Source: Marsupella aquatica (Eukaryota > Plantae > Marchantiophyta). From it: a stretch of 64,000 bases of DNA. How positions within the stretch are numbered: the stretch's first letter is position 1; each line of letters opens with the position of its first letter. The notes under the pieces are model-generated. The model was not told the origin of the DNA. It saw only the letters and a program-made list of their open reading frames with translations, and ran no database searches. The DNA lies in assembly GCA_973895155.1 (NCBI GenBank), contig OZ316894.1, positions 2,372,457 to 2,436,456 on the forward strand, written 5' to 3'. The translations under genes and the position numbers were made by a program. Of the stretch, positions 13,901-25,650 are shown piece by piece.

Positions 13901-14314
13901 TCAAAAGCATGGCTGCTCACATTTGCGGTACTGTAGCCGTGAAGGCAACTTGGAGCTGCGGTGACAGAATCTGACACTGGTACTGCTTCCATGGATTACA
14001 AGAACATGAAGCCGTGGGTGATCAAGACCAAGCGCATTGGGGAGCAGGCTTGGATAGAAGAAGTGAAGGCCAATGCTATCCAAGCCGTTGCCAATGAGGA
14101 TGCTGCCAATACCGATGCCGCAAAACTGGAACCCGAAGCCGAAGCAAAGGAAGCCGAGGGGATCAAGCCAAAGCTGGACGTAGAGGAATGCACAAAGTTG
14201 GGAGGTTTGGGATTGCCTCCAGTCATCTGACAATTAAGGCGGGCCAGTCGTCACTTGGAAGGAGGACTTGGCGGAAGGAGAAGAGCTTGGGCCAGAAGGG
14301 GGCGGCCATTGTAG
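10913..14314 (+). pseudogene. Disrupted ~1100-codon retroelement accessory ORF (plant-transposon-protein/PMD-like domain plus long coiled coil)
   Basis: Segment LEGFIRLPW..LLDFVGCW..YGRVVELTPALIKAVFALPQG resembles Transposase_32/PMD-type domains. E/K/Q-rich heptads at 12600-13700. Broken by TAG/TGA stops and frameshifts. Confidence 0.6.
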
Positions 14315-15178
14315 GATATTGGTAGGGCAAGTGGCGCTATGTTGGCTTATATTGCTTAGATAGTATTAGGAGTCTGGGTCCCTTAGGTTTCCGGCTTAGT
14401 CAGGTTGAATTTGTTTTAGATTAATAAACAGGAATATCACGGTGGAAGGTCGTGATTGAGTGGTTAGGATTTCCGCGGTTCTTTGAGGTTACGCTACAAG
14501 GATAAAAACCTGGGCAGCGTGGCTCGGGGGGCTTTTTTCTTAGTCAAGGCTTTAGTGTAAATGTGTATTGTTGTGAGCACAATAAGCTCTTGGCTAAATC
14601 TAGACCGCGGGGTATCAGTAAACCGCAAGTTCTCATGGATTTCTGTGCAATTGTTTGAATTGAGTTGGCCTTGTTGCCTAGTTTGCAAACTCTTGCCGAC
14701 CAAGAAGTTGTGTTGTGATATTTATTGTTTGATCGATTTAAGTCAGATAGAGTGAAATTTGTGAGCATAGTACGATCACATTGTCTTGATTGGAACCTGC
14801 CAAATCAAACTCTGAGAGAAAAGTGAGGTATTGAGAGTGTTATTCGGTTAAAGTGTGGGTTGAGTCCGTCTGAAAAAGACCTTCAGCCGGCTTAAGAAAT
14901 TAAGCCGTAGAGGTACATTCCGGGGGCGGAATACAAATATACCCGATGAAGTCAAGGAGAAATTAGATGTCTCTACAGTGCACGATTCATAAGTCCAGTG
15001 AAAGAATTGGTCCAACAAAGTGTGGATCGAAGGATAGGCCGCGTTTCCAAGCCAGATAGTTGCCAAACTCCTAGAAGCCGGACATAAATCAGTGGTTTAT
15101 GATCGGTTGCTGGTAGTTCTTGGGGTTAGAGGTGCCGGGAAACGTGCCATATGGTGTCACTTGTGGAGTGTTGCAACA
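14310..15178 (+). repeat. Putative 3' LTR (~870 bp)
   Basis: TG...CA ends, immediately after the polypurine tract; non-coding. No second copy in the window. Confidence 0.5.
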
Positions 15179-18100
15179 AATGCTAAGTGACAATGCCTGA
15201 ATGCTGCATAAAAATGCATCTCTCTCATATGCAATGGAAGGGGGTGCAAGTCTCTCTATGCTTTCCGGGATGCTTTCTTGACTCTTGAGGTCTAATGATC
15301 AAACCATAAAAAGTTTTTTTTGTTTTGGTTTGTCATCATCATATTGCTAGCGCCCGAAGCTAACAATAGCAGCGCTTGGCGCTCGCAAAAAATGCCATGA
15401 TTTTAATTATTTTAAAAAATAAAACTTTAAATGGTACATTTTAAGATCGTATTTTTTACTGGTAACAATAAAATTTTTGCTGGTACCAGTAAACCTGTTT
15501 ACTGTTTGCTGTTGTGGTGGTGATGCCCATTTTTCCTTTCTTTTATTGTTGACCCAAATTAGTTTTTGTTTGTATCACAATAAAGGAAATCAGGTGATTG
15601 AGCCAACCTGGTTCCACAATTTTCAACATTTCTAGTATATTTCCCATAATTGTGGAGCAAAGTCTCAAGGTAGAAGAGAGGAATAAGAAAAAGTGAGAAC
15701 TTTTGGACACTCCTCCTTTTATATGGCCAGTGGTGGTTTAAACAAAAATATTTATCAACCCGCCGCTCATTTCATGTTTGAGTTAGCATTAACACATATA
15801 CTAGTTTCCATTGTCAAGTGACAAGTTGCTACTGGTTAGCCGCACAATTGACCCACTAGAAGTGGAATAGTATTGGTTAATATTTTGCCTTATTGTGCCC
15901 CCAAGTTCATGTAAAGTGAAATCTGGCCTGTTCCCACATTTGAATGGCTAGGATTTGCATCTCACACTACGATTATAAAAAACTGCCAGCCAGTTCTTGT
16001 AAAGCCCCCCTAGTAACTTAATCATGGATCTATCATACCCTTGATTACGGCCTTGATTAGCAGATTTCTGACAAAGTTTTGAATGATTTTACACCCTAAT
16101 GGACCTAATCTAAATCCGAGGGGTTCTGAAAAGTGCAGTAACTAGTCCTGTCACATGCCAGGGAAGGCAGTCCTGTTAGTTATGGGTGTGTAATCACAGC
16201 AGTCTCAAATGTATCCTGTGAGCATAACAAAATTTGCATTCCAATGATATTCAGATTTGCCCATCCTACTGGCTCCCATCAAATGCATCAATGGGTCACA
16301 AGGCTAGGGGCAACTCAATTTTGGTTCTCAAATCTCCTCCTTCTGACCAACTTACTATGATGTCTATCTTTCAAGTCATGTGGAAAGTTTCATGGTAACC
16401 ATGTTTACCCAAGGTTAATTAGCTAAAGGAAAACCATACTGTCTTAGAGATATTATCATTTCCCCCCAAAATGAGGCTAGGCATCATACCAAATAAGGCA
16501 TGTTTTGTTAAGCTGACAGTAATTTCATGTAAATGAGTTCAGAGGTTAACTACTTATTCTCCCCTGATGGACCAAAAACTTCAGATTCTCTCCTAGTGGA
16601 CCAAACGTTCCCTTTGTGGTCCTCGTTGGGCCCACTCTATACAGCCATGTGCTTACGAGGTGCTCTACCACACAGTTGGGCCTATTGTATAGCTATCACC
16701 TTGGTTGGTCCTGTGCAATAACATGACAAAGAAAAAACTTTGCAATTTAGAAAGTTCATGACGCCATTGGAGCAGACAAAGTGCCAAAGCTCCCTAGCCT
16801 TCATGCTTGAGTGAATACATTGTGCACAATAAAACGTTTATATACACCTTAAAACCCATTGGGAATCAGTTTTGTTTCTCATTGGGTTTAATTTCATTTC
16901 ATCTACACCGTCTTGGTTGCATTCTTCTTCTTGCTGCGGGAACTTCTACAGACGGTACGGAGATAACTTCCTCATAGCTATCCATGGCGCCCTGTCTGAT
17001 GCTAAAGTCATTCGTCGGGAATGCACCACCCACTTTTTGTAAATGTTGTGGTCAATGTCTAAAATTCTAACTGCAACATGCCATTTCTTGTTGGTGTTGC
17101 ACAGGAAATGGTTGTTTTGACAGCACTTGTACTTGACTATGTTAGGCAAGGCAGTTGGACTCCCAACTGTGGTAAACAATCCTGAGTTTTATAAAAGAAT
17201 GAATTCTTGTGTTATAAGTACTGTAAACTTGCATTATAAGAAAGTTTGACACAAAATGGTATCATGGGTGGGCCCTAAGACCTGTTGGGAGAAGATTGAA
17301 ACTTTTTGGTCCACCGGACCAGAAAGTGTCCAGGAACTCACCTAAGTAAATAGTTTTCTCTTTTTAATGGACATGCAATATCGCTTCCCAAAGCTCCTTC
17401 AAAGTTGGAGAATATGCCACAAGGTGATGTTTGACTGAAAATTGTCAAATTCTACGAAAATTTCCCCTTAGTCTTGTGCAATTTTCCGTTTCAACAAGAA
17501 TCTTTCGTGTGGCTTATTTTCACTGATTTAATTCGTCAAATTTTACTCCAGCCAAACTTAGGTTCAAATCTTATTATATGTTATCACAACCTCTTTAGAG
17601 TTCATAGGAATTACGTTTAAAAGTATACATATATGTTAGCTACAGCCAATCTTAGGTTCAAATCATACTACATATCACACAACCGCTTCATAGTAACTTT
17701 CATAGAGTCCCGACAAATTTGTGTAAGTAGGGACCCTATTTGTTGATCTTGATATTTATGATTATATTTAATTAATTAATTTTTGATCCGTTTTAGAGTC
17801 CAAGTCATTCCCCCCCCCCCCCCCCCCCACCAATTATCAGCCAGCCGTTCAATACTCACAAACAATGCTGCATGAGTTGTACTGTAATTTCTTGTGATTT
17901 GGTGTGAGAATCTAAGTACAATACTGTATCTACTTTTCAGGCTTAGCTGTCGTGGGTTTACTGGTGGCTCATAAACTTAAAAACTGTCGTAGTGAGTTTG
18001 GGTTGGGTGCCTCATTATTACCCAGAAGGAATTTGGAATCGAGGACACGGACTTCCACCAATCCCCATGTCTAGGTATAGTTACTTTTGTACTTACAACT

Positions 18101-18631
18101 GTGCTAATGAGAGCACTTAATATAAAATTAAAAAAGTACACACCACCATCATCACTGGTAAAGAGTATACAGTAGACTTGAGGAAACGATGGAGATCCTC
18201 TTTCTGACCAATAGCCAACCCCAAGCCTGGCCTAATAAAGTCATCAGCTTGCACCGGAAAGAAAAAGGGCACAATTGCGGTGGGAAAGGTGATTCACTTC
18301 CGTGAAAGAAGCCCTGAGGAGTTGTTACATGTGCCCCAACCAATTGCAACTTACTGTAAATTCTTAATTTCTGGCAGACTTGTTCATTTCCATAGATAAG
18401 ATTTGGATCTCTTTCAAATCAAACTTTGGTCTGATGTCCAATGTATTATATACCTGATAAAGTTTGGGACTTGTATGAAACCATTTTCTCCATTTCCCAC
18501 GAGCAAAACGATGGTTAGAATATTGAAATTCAATTAAAAATGGATTCTTCTATTTCATGAAGAACACCCCAAATAGTTTGGGCGTGTACAACAAATTATA
18601 GCTTTTGGGAAAGATGATGTGAGTAGTTTCT

Positions 18632-18708
18632 GCATGAGCATCGAATTACCAGAGCATCAGCTAACTCAAACGGGCATGAGCATCGAAATACCAGAGCATC
18701 AGCTAACT
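18632..18708. repeat. Tandem duplication, ~41 bp x2
   Basis: GCATGAGCATCGAAWTACCAGAGCATCAGCTAACT occurs twice. Confidence 0.85.
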
Positions 18709-21700
18709 GACTGCCAACAGTCAGGAGGCCAATAGGTAACATTTGAGTCAAAACTGTAAAAGTGTAGTGTGATTCTTTGTAAATGTTTAATCTAAAGTCT
18801 ATCCCAGTTTTGCGAGTCCATCCTGACTTCACAACCAACCTGCCCGTCCATCTGAGGTTAATTTTTTACCAAAATATAATAGTAGTAAAATGATACTATA
18901 ATTTCAAGTAGTAAAACTGAATAAAGCAATTTTGCATAAGTTTAAAATAACTCTCACATGGACTAAGCCTTGAACCATGCAACCTTCGTGAACTGTAACA
19001 CCTTTTACACCTTTGGCAGGACCTTTGCCCATTGACATCATTCTCATTTTCAAATTGTTTTTATTAACAACAAATGGTGACTTCCAATACCCCCTTAATA
19101 TCCAATAAAAATGGCTTCCCGTAAGCTAGTTAGAAGCTGGTTGGAAAGATCTTTTCAGCAAGTCTCAGAACTGACTAGGAAATGGAGAGAGATATACTGA
19201 ATTTCTAAAGATTAGTCCATCACTTAGCGACCACACTGTGTTTTAGAAAGTATTCGAGCAACTAACTTTGACATTCAATAATATCTAAGTTGATAGCCAA
19301 TGGAATTAGATTAGTTGGGATCATTCATTATAAGTGAGTTTGAATGAGTTTTTGAATAAACCCAAGAATAGTCAAATTCCATACAGATCATTACAAGTGA
19401 CTTGCAGGAATTTTGAATAAACCTAAGAATTGTCAAATTTTCTACAGATCAGGACCTACACTGTTTTGTTTTCTTGCCACATTTTTGGCCACATTTCACT
19501 CATCAAAGTAATATGTACTAGATATGAGCAAAAAGGAGGGTTGTATTAGAGTCTACCTAGGTTGCAAAAGTCTATCCAAGCATTTTGGCAAATGTGGAGG
19601 TCCATCTAGGATTCAGTTTGAACAAAATTCCTAGAATGAGAAGTGGAAAAACAGGGAAATCAAAAATTGTTTTGTCTACATTAGGGGCAACCATTTGAAG
19701 GACAAGGTAAACTAGATTGTTACTCCTCTTTACTTTTTTCATTCGGCTAAAATTGTACAAATTCAATTAGCAAAGGGAAAAACCCTTTAAATCATCCAAT
19801 AAGTACCTGAATTAAACAGGGTGTAAACAGCCTAGACACCATCTAGAGGTTGCTTGTGAATCAAGAATGTAAAAGATGCTATACAAGTCAAATTGACATT
19901 CTGAGAAGTCCATCCGAGCGTTCTCCAGGGATTTCTCAGTCCATCCGGCCTTCTGAGACAATGTTAAAGAAGATCTACAGGTTGTCTCATTTGTATTAGA
20001 TAATAGAATGTGGAAGGACTTTAGTTAGATTGGTGCTACGTCTGCTAGATCCATCTGCATTTTGTCACTCTAAGGCTTTTCACCAATTTGGGTTTTCCTG
20101 CTTGCATCGGATCTGCTTTCTTTTGGGTTCCTCACGTCAAGGTTTTGGCCTCCAACCGTCCCCCTCCCACCCCCATTTGTTTTTGGAAAAATATTAGAAT
20201 TCGGAATCCATAGAGAGAGTTCAATATGTTGCAGATGTGAGAGTACTAATCATCCTTCTTAGAGTAGTTGAGAAATGAGCAGTGTTGTTATTGGTGCATT
20301 TTGCAATTGAAGACAAATAGAACCCAATCTCAAATCTGTTGGGGAAGCATCGGGCAGTCGTTCGTATCCAAAGCAGACAAGACTTCACCGCCCCCCAAAT
20401 ATGAAAGTAGACTTAATGGCCAGATATTTGAAAAAAAAACTTGAAAAGGGCATTACAAAATGGAGAAGCACACAATCAAAGTTTCAGAGAGAAAGCATAT
20501 CGATCCACAATATTTTGATTTTACAATATGTACACTGTGTATCCAATGTCAGATCTTATAGGTCAGACACTGTCTCAATGACAGACAGTGTCAGACTTCC
20601 CTTGAGAAATGCTACCAAACAAGCAGCAAACCAAACCCATGGCAGTAGGCAATCCATGGCCAGCTACACAATTAGTAAGCAAGTTAGGAAACCAAATCTT
20701 CTGTTGTTGTTTCTTGGCAATGCAGAGCCAAGCAAAGGAACAATTGAGTCCTCACTTGTTTTCAGGGCCCTGTTCAGTATGTTCTCAAATATGAAGCATA
20801 TGTAAATTGGATTAAGATATGTTATTTTTGAAGGCTTTGCACCAGATTTCTTGATTGGAAGCCGGTGGTTATCGGCCAGCAAAATGTCCATGGTAAAAGT
20901 TTGGTCCTTTCAGTGCCCTCTCTATTAATGAAGATTCCTCTAGCCAAAGGAACCTATGGCTTGAACTGGATGTTCCACCATTCATTAACTCTAACTCAAA
21001 TGGTGCCCAGGGTGGTATAGAGATGGAGATGACGCAAAAGAATCACAATTGGACTAGTAACATAGCTATTGCAATTTATTGTGAGGTGAAGGTCAGGTCT
21101 CTGTAGTAACACCATGAATTGTTTTGGTTTGTACTGAACTGGAGACCGATGTTGGAAAAACTTGCAGATCATTTCCTATTTGTACTGAAATGAGGCTAAA
21201 AGGATCTTTCATCAACATCCTAGTTTCCTAATCTAACATATGGAATGTGTACTGAATAACGCTGAAGGGCCTTTTCCGCTAAAATTTTGTGATTGTGAGC
21301 CCGATTGTGAGGGGTTCATTAGCCCATTATGATACTATGCAGTAAATTGAAAATGGAGAGGGGGAATGCCAAGAGGAATCTTCAGCATGACTACAGTTTC
21401 AAAGTCCTGTTACATTCCAGAGGGTATAATCGGAATGAAGGATTTGTTGTTGCATGTTATGCTTTCCAGCATTGTTGTTGAGGATCCCAAAGTTGGAATA
21501 CAATGGTAGTGTTCCACAGTGATTGTATTGTGGAGGTGTTAGAATGAACACGGAATGGTTGAGCATTGGTCCGTAGAGTTGGATCTTATGTATTATTGTG
21601 CCTCCACACCATTTCAATACATGAAAGTTGAGAACTAACCTAATTCAAAGTCATGAATCCAATCAAAACTTCAAACTGCTATAAAAAGCAGCCGTTGCCC

Positions 21701-22419
21701 AATAAAAAAACGAAACAGGGAAATGAAAAACTAAGAAAAAGGGGGAAAACAATAGGAAAAAGACAAAAGGAAGGGAGGAAGGAAAAAAAGATTGTTACAA
21801 TGCAAAACCAAACCCAAATGGACCACAATGCTTGACAAATAACTAGGATGTACCATTGCAACCGTTTTGAAACATTGTTTGAGCTCAAGTTGTATCTTTG
21901 TTAGACATCACACTTTTGGACCTGGGTCCATCCATCATAGAAAAAAGAAAAGAAAAAGGGGCAAGAAACCAGGAAAAGACAATATAAAGATGACCCATTG
22001 ACAAAGAGCTAGCAAAGCAGCTTGCAAAATAAAAAATAGAAGGAAGGACACAACATGAGAAAGTCAAATTCACACCACATGTTTACCATTTTGTTCTTTT
22101 GCTGATTCGCATTGGTTAGGCCATGAGGGTAAAGTCGGGTACATCATTTTTCCAATGACTTCCATTAGGGTAATGTCTTGAAATGATACATCTCAAGACA
22201 ATAATTTGTAAAGGTCAGCAGGAGGAAAGTCGTAGGTGGATTTATTTTCAAACTATAGGGTGAGGCGATCTACCTGATGTAATTTCTGTAAAATGTGTAG
22301 GTCTATTTGTTCTTCTGTTGATTATTTAGTTAGGCAACAAACCCCCCAAAATTATTCTACTAGTTATTCTACTGCATAGTAAAAGTTGAGTATTGTAAAA
22401 GTATAGGATTTACTAGATT

Positions 22420-22900
22420 GTCACAAATTTTTGGCATAATACATACCTTGCCAATTATTTCCTTGTATTTATCACTACAACACTCTTTTTGTTTGTGGGT
22501 TAAGAAAATTAACCCAGGTTAGCTCCTTCACATCCAATGGTTATCATCGCACTATCAGATGACCTGGCTGTCCCCTCCATGTGACTTTGACCATCTTGAG
22601 GAGGACTAAGGCAAAGGCTATGTACAGGTACAGGCTGGCATTAGATAGAGGCCATACGAAGGATGGGGGGACAAGACTACCCGACCCACCCCCTGGTCAG
22701 CTAGCCCAAGGGTGTTCAAGGCCATCTTGAGGGAGACCTGGGCAGTTTGATTAGGAACCTGGGTGTGATGATAGCCATTGGACGTGAAGGAGCTAACCCT
22801 CAAGAGCTAACCTAGGTTAGTTTTCTTAACCCACACAAAAAAGTGACATTGTGATAAATAGAAAAAGTTCAGTGACAAGATAATAAACCAAAAACCTGGT
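22420..22900. mobile_element. Foldback / long-TIR (Mutator-like) non-autonomous element
   Basis: Arms 22481-22552 and 22763-22845 are reverse complements (TGTGGGTTAAGAAAATTAACCCAGGTTAGCTCCTTCACATCCAATGG vs CCATTGGACGTGAAGGAGCTAACC..TAGGTTAGTTTTCTTAACCCACA). Weaker pairing extends outward and inward. Confidence 0.75.
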
Positions 22901-23059
22901 ATAATAGGTTTTTTGGTAAAATAGATTTTTTTTAATTTTAAGGGGAAATCTGTGAGAACCCAATAGAAAGGGAGTTAAAGTCAATTACAACATTTGAACC
23001 CAAGACTTATTAATTTTCACTCGAGTGAGCTATCAGGCAGCCATGCCTGTCTGGGCTTG

Positions 23060-23347
23060 AGCAGGGTTAAACCACTCAAAGGGTGACCATATGTGTGGAA
23101 TTTTAATAAGTAATTTAAAAAAATTGGCAAGTCCTTATATATCGACAAGAAGGTGACAATCTACTGCAGTAGGCAATGGGAAATGTCAGATTTTCCAATG
23201 TGGCGATCTCAGGGCTGTACGATCGTCTGCAGTTTAAGCAGGGTTAAACCACTTAAACCTCAACCAAAAACTGTGGAAGTGTAATAAGTAATTTTAAAAA
23301 ATTGGCAAGTCCTTATATATTGACAAAAAGGTGACAATCTTCAGTAG
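23060..23347. repeat. Direct repeat, ~110 bp x2, period ~178
   Basis: AGCAGGGTTAAACCACT...AAAAAATTGGCAAGTCCTTATATAT.GACAA.AAGGTGACAATCT occurs at 23060 and 23238. Confidence 0.85.
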
Positions 23348-23974
23348 CATTTGACTAAACAATGACAATCTAGTAAAACACGCTGATTCAGTTAGGTGAC
23401 AGACCCCAACAGATGAGTATAGTAAGTACGAAAAGTTGAGAGTGCACCCAGAGAAAGATTATTATAAAAAAGACAAAAGAGAGGGGTCCAGTTGAAAATA
23501 ACAACCCAACATCCGTGTGAGGGCAGGGCAGGGCAGGGCAGGGCAGGACAAGACAAGACAAGGCAATGACGCAAAAGCAAAACGCCTGGTGCAGTTTCGT
23601 TTGGACGGGAAGCAACTAATTTCAGGAGGGGGCATGGAGGAGAAGGAATCTGAGGACGAGGAACGCTTTGGGGCGAGGGAGTAGTGGACAGTGGTGGTCC
23701 TCCTTGCTCGACCCTTCCTGATCAGATCGCATCTCACCTCATCGCATCGTATCGCAGCAGCAGCATTGGAGGCAGTGATGAAGATGAATGAAAGACGAAA
23801 GAAGAAAGAAGGAAGACCAGACAGAGACGGACGGAGAGATGGATGGAACGTTGAGATTGGATTGTGGACTCTGTCACACTATTACTGTAGCGTTTTCACC
23901 CACCTTGCTTGCTGCCACTCCCAACTTTTCTTTCAGGCCCTGCTGCAGCAAACAGGCCGCCTCTCACTGATCAT

Positions 23975-24720
23975 GATTCTCTCGATTCACTCCCTCCTCT
24001 CCCTTCGTCTTCATTCTGCTGCTGAGGTTTTATTCTGCTGAGCCTCTTTTGCCCCTTGGAAATCACATTTTACAGGACAAGGTGTCAGAATACAGAGGGC
24101 ATCTCATTCTCTCAATTCCCTCTCTCTCCCTTCGTTTTCCTGCTGCTGAGCTCCAATTCTGATGAGCCTTATTTGCCCCTTGGAAATCACATTTTACAGG
24201 AAAAGGTGTCAGAGTACTGAAGGCATCTCGCTCCCTTCATTCTCTCTCGCCCTTCTTCTTCCTGCTGCTAAGCTTTAATATGATGATGAGCCTTGTTTGC
24301 CCCTTGGAAGGTGACAGAATGCAGTAGTGCCGATTCTGTCAATTCCCTTTCTCCCTCGTTCTTCCTGCTGCTGAGCTTAGTCTGACGAGCCGTTTTTGCC
24401 CTTTAGAAATCACGTTTACAAGAAAGGGTGACAGAATACAGCAGGGGATCTGATGAGCCCTTTTGACCTTTGAAAAACACATTTTACAGGAAAAAGGTGA
24501 CAGAATACAGAAGAGCTTTTTCCCCCAATGGAAATCACATTCACAGGAAAAGGTGACAGAATACAGACGGGGATCTGATGATCCTCGTTTGCCCCTTGAC
24601 GATCACATTTTACAGGAAAGGGTGACAGAACACAGAAGCGGATCTGAGAGCCTTTTTCCTCTTGGGAATCACATTTTACAGGAAAAGGTGACGAAATACA
24701 GAATGGGATCTGATGAGCCC
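23975..24720. repeat. Two-tier minisatellite: 8 copies of a ~65-bp core, the first four each preceded by a ~55-bp CT-rich module
   Basis: Core CTGATGAGCC..TTTGCCCCTTGGAAATCACATTTTACAGGAAAAGGTGACAGAATACAG at ~24038, 24158, 24285 (internally deleted), 24381, 24449, 24512, 24573, 24642. Confidence 0.9.
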
Positions 24721-25544
24721 CTTTTTTTAATTTTTGTCTCGAACGGAACTTCAATCTGTTGAGCCTGTTGCTACGGCTGAGGACCTCTAATCTGATGAGC
24801 CTACTGCCACTACAGTGCTCCTGCTGATGCCATTTAACCTGACGAGCCCTTTTGCCGCTGCTGCTGCTGCCGCTGCCGTCCACCTCTCTCCTGCTCTTGG
24901 CTGCCTTTTTGCATATGCCTGCTGCTGGGGCCGGGGTGGGGTGGGATGGAGTGGGGTCCCCAAGAAGGGCCCCCTTGTGTAGTTGTGTTGGGCTGTTGGA
25001 TGCCCCCCGCCCCCTCACCTCACCTTTTCCTGTCGCTTCTCTCCCGCAATCCGCGTGGCTCCCAACAATTGCTTTCCTCCCGTTGCGGAGCCTCAAAGGA
25101 GGAGAACTAGAGAAGAGAGAGGGGGAGCGGATGAGAGGGGAGGGAGTAGTAGTAGTAGGAGTAGGAGCTGAGAGTAGGGAAGGATGAGAGGGATGAAGGT
25201 GTAGGTTTGATGGATCTGCAGGAGGGGGGACGAGCTGCGGATGAACAGCTGCAGCAGCAGCAGAAGCTTGGTGGTGCCGCTGCCATGGCTCAGCCTCCTC
25301 CTCCAGTAGTAGTACTCTGGGCCTGCGGCCATGGCGACTACAGGTGGTGGAGAGCCTGCTGCTGCCTCTCTCTCTCTCCGTCCTCCTCCTCCTCCTCCTC
25401 CTGTCCATCCAGACCAGTCTGTCCAGAGGCCAGTCCGTATAGTACGCTCTCTGTCTGATGAGTGAGCGAGTGAATGAGAGCCTGATCGACTGATCTGTGC
25501 TGGGCTTCTCGCCGAGCCTTCGTGCTGATTTGCTGTCAGTCCAA

Positions 25545-25650
25545 GGGGGCGGGGGAGGGGAGAGGGGAGCCGGGGAGGGGGGAGAGGGGAGCCGGGGAGG
25601 GGGGAGAGGAGGCGAGGGGAGAGGAGAGGAGAGGAGAGGAGAGGAGAGAA
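25545..25650 (+). repeat. G-rich tract and (GAGAG)n microsatellite; G-quadruplex-capable
   Basis: More than eight G4-G6 runs with short loops, followed by GAGGA/GAGAG repeats. Confidence 0.7.

Larger units (their letters stand above)
10560..15178 (+). mobile_element. 5'-truncated LTR retrotransposon (Ty3/gypsy-like): degenerate accessory ORF, PPT and 3' LTR
   Basis: Collinear + strand ORF pieces span 10913-14314. PPT AGAAGGGGGCGGCCAT (14294-14309) is followed by TGTAGG, and the putative LTR ends TTGCAACA at 15178. No gag/pol or 5' LTR seen; left boundary approximate. Confidence 0.65.

Noticed and set aside
15595-15604. miR171-like TGATTGAGCC
   Set aside because: Only 10 nt match and there is no precursor hairpin.
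20566-20592. 10-bp perfect hairpin GACACTGTCT-N7-AGACAGTGTC
   Set aside because: Short and isolated, no Helitron CTRR end follows, and it is plausible by chance.
24158-24720. Hammerhead ribozyme (retrozyme-like) array: CTGATGAG...GAAA...GTC order in the repeat cores
   Set aside because: Stem II cannot close (G, not C, precedes GAAA), stem III needs a bulge, stem I is weak, and most units lack the UH site. An Infernal search with hammerhead models would settle it.
24381-24720. Box C/D snoRNA cluster (TGATGA...CTGA)
   Set aside because: The C and D boxes overlap in one CTGATGA, there are no terminal stems, and no rRNA-complementary guide was recognised.
23975-24720. CRISPR-like repeat/spacer array
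   Set aside because: Eukaryotic context, the 'spacers' are related to one another, the repeats are degenerate, and there are no cas genes.
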